A stretch of DNA of 64,000 nt from an uncultured Thermoplasmata archaeon (GCA_963719945.1 CAVRDX010000004.1:128001-192000); one strand, 5' to 3'. Counted from the first letter of the stretch, positions 49,953 to 61,397 are shown. The notes: generated from the letters alone by a model not told the origin. Numbers and translations are program-made.

Positions 49953-50579
49953 CTAGAGCGATCCCTTGATCTGCTCGCTGACCTCTTGAGCCCTCTCGAG
50001 CTCGACGACCGCAAGGAGTTCCTTCGAGTCGGCCGATGCATCCAGTATGCCCTTGGCTATGACTTCGACCCGCTTGCTCTCTATGAGTCTGAAACCCTGC
50101 ATGCCGTTTATCACGCGGTCCCAGAGCATCACGAACTCCTCAGGTGTCTCCGCATCGAAACTCCTGTGTCTGAGTACCCAGGTCCTCGTGGAATGCCTGA
50201 AGAGCGCGGAACCCGTGACGGCCGCACAATAAAGATCGGTGTAGCTGGTTTCATCCAGATCGACTGGTACGAGGGGTATGCCGAAATGGTCCGATAGTTC
50301 CACGGTCGCCACATAGCACGGTGGCGGTGCGGCGACCTCTCCATATCTGCCCAATCTGGTGACATATATCTCGTCATATCTCGAGAGTTCAGGCTCGTAG
50401 TCATCGGGCAGGTTCCTCAGACCTTCTATCTCTTCCTTCGAGAGTGAGATCGCCACCTTGTTCGGCTGCACCTTCTCGAAGGCATCCTTGACCTTGTCCG
50501 TCTCGGATTTCAGCCCTTTTATCACGGGAAGGATGTGGATTCTGTGGCCATTCGCATTTATGCTGATCATCGCTGTCAT
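49953..50579 (-). CDS. Hypothetical protein, TraB/GumN-like
   Basis: IHILPV..., FEKVQPNKVAISL, PLVPVD, LLAVV patterns; end of the hsp20-cdc48 run. Confidence 0.5.
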   Translation of the reverse strand: MTAMISINANGHRIHILPVIKGLKSETDKVKDAFEKVQPNKVAISLSKEEIEGLRNLPDDYEPELSRYDEIYVTRLGRYGEVAAPPPCYVATVELSDHFGIPLVPVDLDETSYTDLYCAAVTGSALFRHSTRTWVLRHRSFDAETPEEFVMLWDRVINGMQGFRLIESKRVEVIAKGILDASADSKELLAVVELERAQEVSEQIKGSL

Positions 50580-51583
50580 TGCATCGGCCTCTTCTCTCTT
50601 TTGAGTATGAGTTCCATCAGGTCATCGGAATGATCCACCCTTCTGAGCTCATCCTTGGTCACAAGTGGCGTGCCATCGATCTCTTCGATGCTCGTGCGCT
50701 TCTGTATGATTATGACGCTTTTCCTCTCAGTGACCCTCGCGAGGTTCCCGACGACCTTCGCCTTCTTCTCGGTCATCCGCGGATCCTCTCCTATGCCGGT
50801 GAGCAGGAGCAGCTCCTCTTCGCTAGCCAGGGCGTCGAAGGGCGCCTTCTTGGTGGGGATGACTGAATAGCCTATCTCCCTCAACATCTCGAATATGTCT
50901 TTGTTATGTCCTTCGAAATCTTCCAGGACTTTGAGGTTCTCGGCGACCTCTGCGATGTACGTGAACGGATCGAGCGGTACAAGCAATGGCACGTCAAGGA
51001 ACTCTTCGATCTTTGACGCTATGTCCATCATCGCACCCATTCCCGATTCGTACATCTGGATGGCCTTCCTGGACACGCCCGCAGCCTCGGCCAAGGTCCC
51101 TAATGATATGGCCCTCTCCTGCCTGAGCTGCTTGAGCATCTCGCCATCGAGTCGGACATACAGCCCACCCGGGGCGGCGTATACCAATGGTGGTACACCT
51201 TCGAGCATGAATTCCGCGAAGGTGCCCTCGGACACGATGGGTACGCCGAATCTGGTGTAGAGGATGCCATCCTCCAGCTCTGCGGAGCTGGAGTGCAACC
51301 CTATCACCGCAGGACTCGCGTTGAGCAGTCTGCCCAGCACCTTGAGCTCCTCGGCGTCCTCTGATGATAATGAATCTATGTTGCACAGGGCCTTCACTAT
51401 CAGCAGCTGCTTGTCTCTGCGCGCGACCAGATCGAAGCTTATGCTCCTCAGATTGTGCGGGTTAGACACGTAGAATCCGCACTTCGCGAGCGTCTCCCTG
51501 GTACGCCTGATCAACTGCTCCCTGTCACTGGCGACGGATCTCCCGTGCCTGACAGGTTTGGTCCTGTGTTCCTGCAAATCCAT
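50576..51583 (-). CDS. Archaeal HTH transcriptional regulator (COG1395-like)
   Basis: SFDLVARR, APGGLYV, cro-type HTH SLGTLAEAAGVSRKAIQMYE, APFDAL. Confidence 0.85.
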   Translation of the reverse strand: MDLQEHRTKPVRHGRSVASDREQLIRRTRETLAKCGFYVSNPHNLRSISFDLVARRDKQLLIVKALCNIDSLSSEDAEELKVLGRLLNASPAVIGLHSSSAELEDGILYTRFGVPIVSEGTFAEFMLEGVPPLVYAAPGGLYVRLDGEMLKQLRQERAISLGTLAEAAGVSRKAIQMYESGMGAMMDIASKIEEFLDVPLLVPLDPFTYIAEVAENLKVLEDFEGHNKDIFEMLREIGYSVIPTKKAPFDALASEEELLLLTGIGEDPRMTEKKAKVVGNLARVTERKSVIIIQKRTSIEEIDGTPLVTKDELRRVDHSDDLMELILKREKRPMQ

Positions 51584-51597
51584 CCCAAGCCTCTGTT

Positions 51598-53778
51598 TCA
51601 TCTGTACATCGCATTCGGCGATAGTTTCTCGTATCTCCGGATCTCGTTCTCGGTCATAGGTTCCACGTTCTCCATGGCTGCCTCGAAGTACTTCATGCCG
51701 ACCTTGCGCCCCTTCATCTTCTCCTCGTCTAGGCCGCCACCTTCAAGGACGTAGTCCCTTATCGCTAGCATCACGGCTTCATTGCACACGGCCGCTATCT
51801 CGGCACCCGTGTAGTTGTCCATCTTTGAGGCCAGTTTGTCAAGGTCCACATCGTCGTCCAAAGGTTTACCCTTTGTGTGTATCCTCATTATATCCTTCCT
51901 GGCAGAAAGGTCCGGAGGTCCTATGTAGACCATCCTGTCGAACCTGCCCGGTCTCAGGAGCGCTGGATCGATTATATCTGGTCGGTTTGTCGCTGCGATG
52001 ACGACCACGTTATGGAGCGATTCCAGTCCGTCCATCTCCGTGAGCAACTGGCTGATGACCCTTTCGGTCACACCTGAGTCGCTGGAGTTGCCTCTCACAG
52101 GGGCTATCGCGTCTATCTCGTCCAGGAATATCACGCAGGGCGCGGCCTGCCTGGCCTTCCTGAAAGTCTCCCTGACAGCCTTCTCGCTCTCGCCGACCCA
52201 CTTGGATAGGAATTCCGGCCCCTTCACGCTTATGAAATTCGCCTCGCTCTCGCTCGCGACAGCTTTAGCAAGGAGCGTCTTGCCCGTGCCAGGGGGTCCG
52301 TAGAGCAACAACCCTTTCGGTGGTGTCGCGTTCATGTGCCTGTACAATGCAGAATACTTCAGAGGCCATTCGACGGACTCCATCAATTCCTGCTTCGGCT
52401 TCTCGAGGCCGCCGATCTCCTCCCATTTGACATTGGGCGATTCGACGAGGACCTCTCTGAGAGTGGAAGGTTGCATCTCACGGTATGCGTCCATGAAATC
52501 ATCCATTCGGGCGCGCAGACCGTTCAGCACTTCGACTGGTATCGATTCGGCCTCCATGTCTATTGTTGGAAGGATCTTCCTCAGTGACCGCATCGCAGCT
52601 TCCCTTGTCAGGGCCGCGAGATCGGCACCGACATAACCATGGGTCATAGACGCGAGCTTGTCCAAGTCGACATCGTCATCGAGAGGCATTCCACGGGTGT
52701 GTATCTGCAGTATCTGCAACCTACCCTCCTTGTTCGGTATGCCCATCTCGATCTCACGGTCGAACCTCCCAGGTCTTCTCAGAGCAGGGTCGAGCGCGTT
52801 CGGTCTGTTCGTGGCCCCTATGACCACGACCTTACCCCTGCCCTCGAGCCCGTCCATGAGTGCCAGGAGCTGCGCGACTACCCTTCGCTCCGTCTCTGCA
52901 GTCACCTCGTCCCTCTTCGGCGCGATGCTGTCTATCTCATCGATGAATATGATGCTAGGCGCGTTCTCAGCCGCCTCCTTGAATATGTCTCTGAGCCGCT
53001 CCTCGCTCTCTCCATAGAACTTGCTCATTATCTCGGGACCGCCGATCGATGAGAAGTTCGCGCTCGTCTCCGAGGCGACTGCCTTCGCGAGGAGAGTCTT
53101 CCCTGTCCCTGGCGGACCGTGCAAGAGCACTCCCTTTGGCGCGTCGACCCCCAGCTTCTCGAAGAGCTCTGGATGTCTGAGGGGTAGCTCTATCATCTCT
53201 CTGACCTTGTTCACTTCGTCCGAGAGGCCTCCGATGTCTTCGTAGGCGACCTTGGGTCCTTTCGCGACCTCCTCCTTCGCTGGCTTCTCACTGAGCTTGA
53301 CCTCGGTGAAATTCTGGATCACGACTGCCTCTGCCGAAGGCTGATAACTCTGGACCACGAGGTCGAATCTCCGTCCCATGACATTGACTTCCACGAGGTC
53401 GCCTTTGACCATCGGCCTGCCCTCGAGGGTCTGGACCAGATATTCTTCTCCTCCAAGGAGCTTCAACGGCTGGGTCGGCGCAAAAGTGGCCTTCGTAGCC
53501 GGCTTGGGCACGATCTTCCTTATGCCGACCTTCTCATCCAGGCTCGCGCCTGCGTTCTTCCTGGTGGTCCCATCGATCCTGATGGTACCTCTGTTCTCAT
53601 CCTCTGGGTATCCTTGGTAGACGGTCACTGCTGTATTCCTGGTCCCTTCTATCATGACCGTGTCTCCCTGGTCGAGCTTCAGAATCCGCATCAGTGCAGG
53701 ATCCACCCTGGCGATGCCCTTTCCGTCATCGCCGGTCTTGGCCTGCACCACCCTGAGTATCTTTTCCTTCTTTGTCAT
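51598..53778 (-). CDS. cdc48: CDC48/VAT AAA ATPase
   Basis: N-domain plus two AAA modules (GPPGTGKT twice; ALRRPGRFD and ALLRPGRFD). Confidence 0.96.
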   Translation of the reverse strand: MTKKEKILRVVQAKTGDDGKGIARVDPALMRILKLDQGDTVMIEGTRNTAVTVYQGYPEDENRGTIRIDGTTRKNAGASLDEKVGIRKIVPKPATKATFAPTQPLKLLGGEEYLVQTLEGRPMVKGDLVEVNVMGRRFDLVVQSYQPSAEAVVIQNFTEVKLSEKPAKEEVAKGPKVAYEDIGGLSDEVNKVREMIELPLRHPELFEKLGVDAPKGVLLHGPPGTGKTLLAKAVASETSANFSSIGGPEIMSKFYGESEERLRDIFKEAAENAPSIIFIDEIDSIAPKRDEVTAETERRVVAQLLALMDGLEGRGKVVVIGATNRPNALDPALRRPGRFDREIEMGIPNKEGRLQILQIHTRGMPLDDDVDLDKLASMTHGYVGADLAALTREAAMRSLRKILPTIDMEAESIPVEVLNGLRARMDDFMDAYREMQPSTLREVLVESPNVKWEEIGGLEKPKQELMESVEWPLKYSALYRHMNATPPKGLLLYGPPGTGKTLLAKAVASESEANFISVKGPEFLSKWVGESEKAVRETFRKARQAAPCVIFLDEIDAIAPVRGNSSDSGVTERVISQLLTEMDGLESLHNVVVIAATNRPDIIDPALLRPGRFDRMVYIGPPDLSARKDIMRIHTKGKPLDDDVDLDKLASKMDNYTGAEIAAVCNEAVMLAIRDYVLEGGGLDEEKMKGRKVGMKYFEAAMENVEPMTENEIRRYEKLSPNAMYR

Positions 53779-53850
53779 ATTAAGCACCGATCATACCTGT
53801 GAATGTCTTTGAAAAAGGTGAGATGGAAGTGATTTCGTTTCCCTCGTTGA

Positions 53851-54363
53851 TCACTTTATCGCGACTTTCTTGGTCTTCTTCTCTGGAGGAGCGGCCTTCG
53901 GTAATCTCACGGATAGCACTCCGTCCTTCAGCTCCGCTTCGACCTTATCGGTCACTACGTTTTCTGGCAGAGGCACGGATCTGTAGAACTTGGAGTATCT
54001 GCGTTCCCTTCGGATGTAGCCAGTCTCCTTGTCCTCCTCTTTCTCCTCGGCCTGTGTCTCCCCAGATATCTCAAGACCACTTTCGGTGACCTCGATCTTG
54101 AGATCGTCTTTCTTGATGCCAGGGATCTCAGCCGTAACCAGGAACTCCTTCCCGTTGTCCACTAGGTCGATCAACGGCTGCCTGACCATCTCTGTCGTCA
54201 GCGCCTTGGGCGTGACGAACATCGTCTCCCATTCTGATTTGAAATCATCGAATATTCGGTCCATGTCACTGAGCAATGACCATGGGTTCACCATGCTGGG
54301 GCCCCAGTAGTCAGAGGGCACCAATCCTTCGCGTCTGTCCTTTCTTCTTATCATCTCATTCAC
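53851..54363 (-). CDS. Small heat-shock protein Hsp20
   Basis: AEIPGIKKDD, RRERRY..FYRS, AELKDGVL, C-terminal VAI. Confidence 0.94.
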   Translation of the reverse strand: MNEMIRRKDRREGLVPSDYWGPSMVNPWSLLSDMDRIFDDFKSEWETMFVTPKALTTEMVRQPLIDLVDNGKEFLVTAEIPGIKKDDLKIEVTESGLEISGETQAEEKEEDKETGYIRRERRYSKFYRSVPLPENVVTDKVEAELKDGVLSVRLPKAAPPEKKTKKVAIK

Positions 54364-54533
54364 CTCTGAATTTCGATGAGGTCTTGGACCTCCGAGTCAA
54401 TTATGTTTGCACTTCTATATGAAACTTGTGACTTCTCTGTAAGGGCCCAGCGCATCGCTCTTTTCCTCGGACGAAGCTTCGCACCCCCCTCTTCTGGAAC
54501 ACTAATAATACCTGGTCATGATATCCTCGCTGA

Positions 54534-55589
54534 ATGCCTGGAGTGCTCAAAGGTCGAGAAGTCGTGGTGAATGACCAATCCGAGTCGAGTCAGGTCTACA
54601 ACAAAGGATACTATGGTGTCCCTCAGTCTGGCGGAAGCCTCAAGATGGACATCATGGAAGCCACCTACCTCGTCGAATGCGGGCGGTTGGAGGTCCTGTC
54701 CGAGGGAAAACCCGTTGGCGCTGGCGAACTTCTAAGGCTCGCCCACAAGACATCGGAAGGTTTCGAGGTCAGGTATCTGGTGTACAGGGAGCTGAGGCAG
54801 AGAGGGTATATCGTGAAGCTCAGCAGCCCCCCACTGGATTTTAGAGTGTTCCCCAGAGGTGGCTCGCCCAACAAGACCCCCAGCAAGTGGTGGGTCGCAG
54901 CCATATCCGAACGGTCCACATTCGACCTGGGCGACCTGTTGACCAATCTTGATCACACATCCGATGTCAGGAAGAAGTTGCTCCTGGCAGTCGTGGACGA
55001 GGAGAGCGATGTGACATACTATGATGTCAGGCGCATCACTCCAAAGGGCAGGCTGGGTGCTGTAGACGTCAGCGTTCCATCCGAAGGTTTGCTCATGGCG
55101 GACAGGGTCCTCGTGGATGATCAGGATTCGTTGAAGGCATTGCACGGAGGGCACTCCTTCGGCAAGATGATAGGTGCTGCGCTGCAACTGTCCCTGATCG
55201 AGGCGGTCTTCCTGACGGAGCTGGGCGCCCTGAAGCTCAGGGACGCGAAGACGAACCGTCCGCTCAGCCTCGCGACTCTCAAGAAACGTGCGCGAGCGGT
55301 GCAGCCGGATTTCGACCTGCGTCTCGATGCCTTCAAGGACCTGAAGGGGAAGGGATTGATTGTCAAGACTGGGTTCAAGTACGGTTCCCATTTCCGCGCA
55401 TATGAGGGCGACCCTGACAAGCAGCACGCGCGCTTCCTGATCCATGCCGTGCCAGAGAGCTATACCACCATGTGGCCGGAGGTCAGCAGGGCAGTGCGAT
55501 TAGCACACGGTGTCAAGAAGGAGATACTCCTGGGACGCGTGAAGAAGGATACGGTCGAATATGTCTGCCTTAACCGATTCAGACCGTGA
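54534..55589 (+). CDS. endA: tRNA-intron endonuclease (alpha2 type, duplicated domain)
   Basis: Two endonuclease units; the catalytic unit has KTGFKYGSHFRAY, H and VRLAHGVKK. Confidence 0.94.
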   Translation: MPGVLKGREVVVNDQSESSQVYNKGYYGVPQSGGSLKMDIMEATYLVECGRLEVLSEGKPVGAGELLRLAHKTSEGFEVRYLVYRELRQRGYIVKLSSPPLDFRVFPRGGSPNKTPSKWWVAAISERSTFDLGDLLTNLDHTSDVRKKLLLAVVDEESDVTYYDVRRITPKGRLGAVDVSVPSEGLLMADRVLVDDQDSLKALHGGHSFGKMIGAALQLSLIEAVFLTELGALKLRDAKTNRPLSLATLKKRARAVQPDFDLRLDAFKDLKGKGLIVKTGFKYGSHFRAYEGDPDKQHARFLIHAVPESYTTMWPEVSRAVRLAHGVKKEILLGRVKKDTVEYVCLNRFRP

Positions 55590-55748
55590 TCATATCCTGG
55601 GACTTCCACCTGATTTGTAGAGCTGGTCTCTCCATGGGACCTGTTTGTAGCGTTTACAGTATTCGTCGATCCTGTCTCTGTACTCCATCGACGGCAAGAT
55701 TCCCTTGCACTCTATGCCGAAACGATCGCAGTCGTAGCAGGATACCAT
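55590..55748 (-). CDS. Unannotated 52-aa Cys-containing protein
   Basis: MVSCYDCDRFGIECKGILPSMEYRDRIDEYCKRYKQVPWRDQLYKSGGSPRI*; ATG start; its stop abuts the endA stop. Confidence 0.6.
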   Translation of the reverse strand: MVSCYDCDRFGIECKGILPSMEYRDRIDEYCKRYKQVPWRDQLYKSGGSPRI

Positions 55749-55804
55749 GGCAATACTGCTAGCTCGCGCGGACTAATAATCATTGGCACGGCATCCCGGA
55801 AGTA

Positions 55805-56815
55805 TCACAGGAGCTTGCCAGTGAGTTCCACGAGTCTGTTCGCGTATCCCCACTCGTTGTCGTACCACGACATTATCTTCGCGGCATGGCCCTTGCCGCC
55901 TATGACCATCGTGGAGAGCGAGTCTATGACGCTCGAGTGCGGGTTGCCCACGACGTCCATGGAGACGATCGGTTCCTCGCAGAACTCCATCACGCCCTTC
56001 ATCGGTCCCTCGGCCGCCTGCTTCAACGCTACGTTGATCTCCTCGGCCGTGACCTCCGCCTTCGTAGTGAAGCTCAGGTCGGTCACTGAGCCGACTGGTG
56101 TCGGTACCCTGAGCGCCAGACCGTTCATCTTGCCCTTCAGCGCGGGAACCACCAATCCGATCGCCTTCGCGGCTCCGGTCGATGTCGGTATGATGGAGAG
56201 TGCGGCGGCCCTGCCCCTTCTCAGATCCTTGTGCGGCAGATCGATGAGCTTCTGGTCACCGGTGTATGCGTGTATCGTCGTCATCATGCCATGCTCGATG
56301 CCGAACGTGTCATTGATTATCTTCGCCGGAGGCGCCAGACTTCCCGTTGTGCAGGATGCCATGCTCACGACGTTGTGTATCGTCCTGTCATAGGTGTCCA
56401 TATTCACGCCGATGACCAGGGTCGCGTCCGCATCCTTGGATGGAGCGGATATTATGACCTTCCTCGCGCCGCCGACCATGTGCTTGGCCGCCTTCTCCTT
56501 GTCAGTGAACAATCCAGTGGATTCTATTACGACATCGACGCCGAACTTCTTCCACGGGATCTCCGAAGGCTCCTTGATCTGGGTGATCTCGAACCTGCTG
56601 CCTCCCACGGTGACTCCGGATGCATCCTTCTTTACCTCTTTGCCTATCTTGCCATAGACCGAGTCCCACTTGAGCAGGTATGCCAGCGAGTCTAGGGGTG
56701 CGATGTCGTTGACCGCGACGATCTCGAAGTCCTTGCCATAGCCTTCCTTCTCGACCGCAGCCCTGTAAACGTTCCTTCCGATTCTTCCGAATCCGTTGAT
56801 CCCTATCTTGATCAA
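55805..56815 (-). CDS. gap: Type I (bacterial-type) glyceraldehyde-3-phosphate dehydrogenase
   Basis: INGFGRIGR, ESTG, ASCTT, HAYT, TGAAKA, WYDNEWGY; TTG start after GGGGAG. Confidence 0.93.
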   Translation of the reverse strand: MIKIGINGFGRIGRNVYRAAVEKEGYGKDFEIVAVNDIAPLDSLAYLLKWDSVYGKIGKEVKKDASGVTVGGSRFEITQIKEPSEIPWKKFGVDVVIESTGLFTDKEKAAKHMVGGARKVIISAPSKDADATLVIGVNMDTYDRTIHNVVSMASCTTGSLAPPAKIINDTFGIEHGMMTTIHAYTGDQKLIDLPHKDLRRGRAAALSIIPTSTGAAKAIGLVVPALKGKMNGLALRVPTPVGSVTDLSFTTKAEVTAEEINVALKQAAEGPMKGVMEFCEEPIVSMDVVGNPHSSVIDSLSTMVIGGKGHAAKIMSWYDNEWGYANRLVELTGKLL

Positions 56816-56994
56816 GGTGTTCTCCCCGTCATGCCTAAGGTCAGGACTGCATAAAAAGTTGTCCGTTTCACCACTCGGACAAAGCTCAGAAAGGCGCCAC
56901 AATGATTGGATCCTCTGACCTATGATGCCTCCTTGGTTCACAGTGAAATCCCTTGTCCGAAGGATTGGATCGAGAGTTGAGACGCACTCCCTTA

Positions 56995-57738
56995 TCACCA
57001 GGTATGGAACGTGGCCATGGCATACGGACCATCATCATCGAGCACTTCGATCGAGAGGATGCCTGGGGGAGCATCAAGGGCCATGTCCCCTTCCATGATC
57101 CAAGTCAGTAGATTCCCTGTATTATTCCCCCATGCGTTGTAGATCGAATATCCTGTTTCATTGGAGACCCAGACCTGTGCCCGATCACCATCCTGATCCG
57201 GGTCCTCGATCGTTATGGCATAGTGCCAGCAATCATCAGGTTCACTGTAAGTCAACATGATTCCAAGCACCTGAGGAAAGATCGGTCTATCCATTGGCAG
57301 ACTGATATTTGCACCTTCGAGATGCGCAGATCCAAAGGTTGTTGGAAGTTCAGTACCTCCAAATGTGCAATTCAGGTAGATCTCGATTCTATAATCGCCG
57401 GGTTCCATATTCTGCAGGTTCAGCTTCTCCTGCATCGAACTACCATAGATAATTGGCGAACGTCCCTGAGCGAATGCGCATTCGCCAGTTTCTTCGTAAT
57501 AGCCCTTCACCAATAGGGCAGAATATATCGGTGTCGAGGGCAAATCATCCGTGAGGTTGATCCATAACCACGGATAGTATGATCCAGATTCGATGCTCCA
57601 TGATTCTACGCTGATTACATTCTCCGAATCATCATTCACGTTTCTGCCTATGTCATAATTATAAGCGATTGCCACTGATAGCAAGATGGCCGTGACCGTC
57701 ACAATGGCGATAAACTGTTTGCGATTGATAGGTGCCAT
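56995..57738 (-). CDS. Membrane-anchored or secreted hypothetical protein
   Basis: N-terminal hydrophobic segment; acidic, aromatic, beta-rich remainder. Confidence 0.65.
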   Translation of the reverse strand: MAPINRKQFIAIVTVTAILLSVAIAYNYDIGRNVNDDSENVISVESWSIESGSYYPWLWINLTDDLPSTPIYSALLVKGYYEETGECAFAQGRSPIIYGSSMQEKLNLQNMEPGDYRIEIYLNCTFGGTELPTTFGSAHLEGANISLPMDRPIFPQVLGIMLTYSEPDDCWHYAITIEDPDQDGDRAQVWVSNETGYSIYNAWGNNTGNLLTWIMEGDMALDAPPGILSIEVLDDDGPYAMATFHTW

Positions 57739-57901
57739 AATCGAATGCCCCGAATCTCGAATGGACCTCGTAGCCGTGAATCACGATATCAAACTATTCT
57801 CGGCTACTTGTCAGATATTGAAAAACGCCGAATGACTGTCCGTATCTCGCGAAATTGATGATGTTTGAGTTTGGGGAAAAGGTTTGATCCTTCGCAGAAT
57901 A

Positions 57902-58834
57902 TCAGAGCTGGACTTCGATACCGAGCTTCTCAGTGAGCTCCTTGTACCTGTTCCTGATGGTGACCTCAGTGACACCGGCTATGTCCGCCACCTCTCTCTG
58001 CGTCCTGCGCTCGTTGCACAGGATAGACGAGATGTAGATCGCGGCCGCGGCCACTCCAGTCGGTCCCCTTCCGGAGGTGAGTTCCTTCTTCGCAGCGTCC
58101 TTGAGTATCTCCGCTGCCTTCGCCTGGACCTCTCCGGAGAGTTTCAGCTCCGAGCAGAATCTGGACACATAGTCCTGAGGCTTGGTCGGCATGAGCTTCA
58201 GCTTGAGCTCCCTCGTCATGAACCTGTATGTCCTGCCGATCTCCTTGCGACCGACCCTGGACGAGTTAGCGACTTCATCTAGGGTCCTGGGCACATTGCA
58301 CTGCCTGCAGGCTGCGTACAACGATGCCGCAACGACTCCCTCGATGCTCCTGCCACGTATGAGGTTCTTGTTGACCGCCTTTCTGTAAGTCATCGCGGCG
58401 GTCTCCCTCACATTCCTCGGCAATCCCATCGACGAGGCCATGCGATCGAGTTCGCTCAGTGCGAACGCGAGGTTCCTCTCGGTAGCGTTCGATACACGTA
58501 TCCTGCGCTGCCACTTTCTCAATCTGTACAACTGGGCCCTGTTCCTCGTTGGGATGCTCTTCCCGTACGAGTCCTTGTTCTTCCAAGATATCTCCGTGGA
58601 GAGACCCTTGTCGTGGATGGTGTATGTCATCGGCGCGCCCGTCCTCGCCCTCTTCTCTCCCTGCTCCACATCGAAGGCCCTCCATTCGGGCCCTTGGTCT
58701 ATCAGCTGGTCGTCCAGGACTATTCCGCAGTCCTCGCAGACGAGTTCTCCACGCTCGTAGTCTCTCACAAGATGAGCGCTGTTGCATTCAGGGCATCTCT
58801 CGACCTGCTCAGTCTCTTCTCTTACCTTTGCCAT
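57902..58834 (-). CDS. tfb: Transcription initiation factor TFB
   Basis: CPEC..CEDC Zn ribbon, GPEWRAF, two cyclin repeats, [11 protein letters not shown]. Confidence 0.98.
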   Translation of the reverse strand: MAKVREETEQVERCPECNSAHLVRDYERGELVCEDCGIVLDDQLIDQGPEWRAFDVEQGEKRARTGAPMTYTIHDKGLSTEISWKNKDSYGKSIPTRNRAQLYRLRKWQRRIRVSNATERNLAFALSELDRMASSMGLPRNVRETAAMTYRKAVNKNLIRGRSIEGVVAASLYAACRQCNVPRTLDEVANSSRVGRKEIGRTYRFMTRELKLKLMPTKPQDYVSRFCSELKLSGEVQAKAAEILKDAAKKELTSGRGPTGVAAAAIYISSILCNERRTQREVADIAGVTEVTIRNRYKELTEKLGIEVQL

Positions 58835-59069
58835 GGTCCCACTCCTGTTGAACGTAGACTTCCTTGCCGAGCACAGCAAGTGTCCTGAGTTCTCTTCGCG
58901 GTTCTATTGCCACATAAGGCGACCGGGTCGGACCAAAAACCTTCACCACTCTTCCGACCTCCCCCTTCAAGTTATCCCTCACGATGGTTCTTACATTCGG
59001 CGCGAACCGAGCTTTGACAATGAGCCTCCCGTCGTGGGAAATATCCTGAACCACTCCGAGAAGCTGCAA
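58809..59069 (-). CDS. gar1: Gar1/Naf1-family H/ACA RNP protein
   Basis: [14 protein letters not shown]; typical position upstream of tfb. Confidence 0.85.
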   Translation of the reverse strand: MQLLGVVQDISHDGRLIVKARFAPNVRTIVRDNLKGEVGRVVKVFGPTRSPYVAIEPRRELRTLAVLGKEVYVQQEWDHGKGKRRD

Positions 59070-59223
59070 AGTCTCACCGAATTGTATATATAATTTGTGC
59101 TGAGCGCCCTATGTGTATAGTTATATATAATGTTTTTCTCAATGTATATAAGGTTTGAGCATATATCTGGATCATCCTGGAGCCGGTCCCGTTCACGAGG
59201 GAGCGGCCTTGAGAAGGTTTACC

Positions 59224-59970
59224 ATGACGAATATTCCCAAGAGTCATCCTCGATACGATTCCCTGATGCTCAGGGAGCGGCTAGTGGCAGGCTTTAACGA
59301 TGGTATAGTGGCCGCACAAGGGCTGATAGCACATGGACGGGGAGAGATGTTCTACTACCTCCTCGGGGAGAGGACGACAAAGGATGCAAGGGTCGCAGAA
59401 CGCGTCGCGGCCGCGCTCCTTCTGCGGTCGAAAAAAGCCGTCATATCCGTCAACGGGAATGTCGCTGCGCTTTGCCCCGACGAGGTCGTTCGCTTGGCAG
59501 AAGTGACCGGCGCGAGGATCGAGGTCGGCCTCTTCCATCGGTCGGATCAACGGGTCGCGAAGATACAGAAGGTTTTGGAGGATCATGGTGCAAAGGACGT
59601 TCTCGGCATGCTACCCGACGCCCATCTCGAAGGTGTCGATAGCATGCGGGGACTATGCTGCAGCGACGGCATCCACGCAGCGGACGTGGTGCTCATACCG
59701 CTCGAGGACGGGGACCGTGCCGAAGCCCTGTCGAGGATGGGAAAGAAGACAGTGGTGATCGACTTGAATCCATTGTCGCGGACTTCCCGGTCCGGAACGG
59801 TCACGATTGTCGATGAGGTCACGAAGGCGCTTCCAGAGATATCACTGTTCGCGGAGGAACTGGAGGACGATGAATCCGAACAGGAACGTATACTCGCGGC
59901 ATATGACCGCGACGCAAACCTCCGAGCAGTCATTAAAGCGATTCAGGGCAACCTTGACAAGCTAGGGTGA
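59224..59970 (+). CDS. Phosphopantothenate synthetase (archaeal PPS)
   Basis: IPKSHPRY.SL, GLIAHGRGE, SVNGN, PLEDGDR, IDLNPLSRT. Confidence 0.92.
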   Translation: MTNIPKSHPRYDSLMLRERLVAGFNDGIVAAQGLIAHGRGEMFYYLLGERTTKDARVAERVAAALLLRSKKAVISVNGNVAALCPDEVVRLAEVTGARIEVGLFHRSDQRVAKIQKVLEDHGAKDVLGMLPDAHLEGVDSMRGLCCSDGIHAADVVLIPLEDGDRAEALSRMGKKTVVIDLNPLSRTSRSGTVTIVDEVTKALPEISLFAEELEDDESEQERILAAYDRDANLRAVIKAIQGNLDKLG

Positions 59971-60032
59971 CTCCCACACCTAGTGATTCAACAACAGTTA
60001 TCTACCAAACAACCGATGCGATTCATGATATC

Positions 60033-61277
60033 ATGGCCAAGAACGAGCTGGTCGAAAAGGGCGTACGCAGGATAGAATGGGCACGGACGCATATGCCGGT
60101 GCTCGCGAAGATACGCGATAGGATGGTCAAGGAGCAGATCTTCGAAGGACTCAAGGTCGGCATGGCCCTTCACACGGAGGCTAAGACGGCCGTGCTCGCA
60201 TTGACGATCCAAGAGGCGGGAGCGGAGGTCCGCCTGTCCAGCTGCAACCCACTTTCGACCGACGATTCCGTCGCCGTCGCACTGAACGAGAAGTACGGAC
60301 TCGAGACATATGCCAAGAAGGGGCAGAACAACAAGGACTACTACGCCTCTCTCAACGCAGTGTTGGATATGAAGCCGGATTATGTTATCGATGATGGAGC
60401 CGACCTCATATTCCTGCTCCATACCAAGCGCAAAGAGCTTCTTTCGAGGATCAAGGGCGCGAACGAGGAGACCACTACCGGAGTGCTCCGCCTGAGGGCA
60501 ATGGCACAGCAGGGCGCGCTCAAGTTCCCAGTGATGTCCGTCAATGATGCTTATATGAAGTATCTGTTCGACAACCGTTATGGCACAGGCCAGTCGACTA
60601 TGGACGGCTTCATGGCCGCGACGAACCTGGTGATCGCTGGCAAGAACTTCGTGATTGCTGGCTATGGATGGTGCGGCCGGGGCATAGCCATGCGCGCGAA
60701 GGGCATGGGTGCAGACGTCACCATCTGTGAGGTGGACCCGATCCGGGCAATAGAGGCGAAATTGGACGGCTTCGCAGTCATGCCGATGAGGGATGCAGTG
60801 AAGAATGCCGATATACTGGTCTCGGCCACTGGCTGCAAGGACGTCGTGACGACTCAGGATATGAAGGCCATGAAGAATGGCTGCATCCTCGCGAATTCCG
60901 GGCATTTCGACAACGAGATCTCGAAGACCGATCTGATGAAACTGGCCAAATCGAAGAAGAAGGTCAGAGATTCGGTGGACGAGTATGTGCTGAAGAACGG
61001 TAAGCGACTCTACCTCCTTGCAGATGGCCGCCTGGTCAACCTCGCAGCGGGGCAGGGTCATCCCGCGGAGATCATGGACATGAGCTTCGCCATCCAGGCG
61101 CTGTGTCTGGAGTATCTGGACTTCAGCGCTCAGACATTGGAACCCGCGGTCTACGATGTGCCTGACCACCTCGATGAGCTCGTCGCCCGACTGAAACTTC
61201 AGACGATGGGCATCAAGATCGACAAGCTGTCGAAGGAACAACAGCAATATGTCCGAAGCTGGAAGGAAGGTACATAA
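60033..61277 (+). CDS. ahcY: Adenosylhomocysteinase
   Basis: SCNPLST, EETTTG, KYLFDNRYGTG, GYGWCGRG, GRLVNL, GHP. Confidence 0.97.
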   Translation: MAKNELVEKGVRRIEWARTHMPVLAKIRDRMVKEQIFEGLKVGMALHTEAKTAVLALTIQEAGAEVRLSSCNPLSTDDSVAVALNEKYGLETYAKKGQNNKDYYASLNAVLDMKPDYVIDDGADLIFLLHTKRKELLSRIKGANEETTTGVLRLRAMAQQGALKFPVMSVNDAYMKYLFDNRYGTGQSTMDGFMAATNLVIAGKNFVIAGYGWCGRGIAMRAKGMGADVTICEVDPIRAIEAKLDGFAVMPMRDAVKNADILVSATGCKDVVTTQDMKAMKNGCILANSGHFDNEISKTDLMKLAKSKKKVRDSVDEYVLKNGKRLYLLADGRLVNLAAGQGHPAEIMDMSFAIQALCLEYLDFSAQTLEPAVYDVPDHLDELVARLKLQTMGIKIDKLSKEQQQYVRSWKEGT

Positions 61278-61397
61278 TAGTACACCGAACCGATCCGCGC
61301 GGGCATTATCAGGGCACTTTTCGCCGTTAATCGGGCCCGTCCTATCCGATTTTTCAAGTATCAAGGACCCGATACAGGAAACTCGGAGGGGCGAATC

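Noticed and set aside
57902-59069. gar1-tfb overlap
   Set aside because: Common conserved archaeal arrangement.
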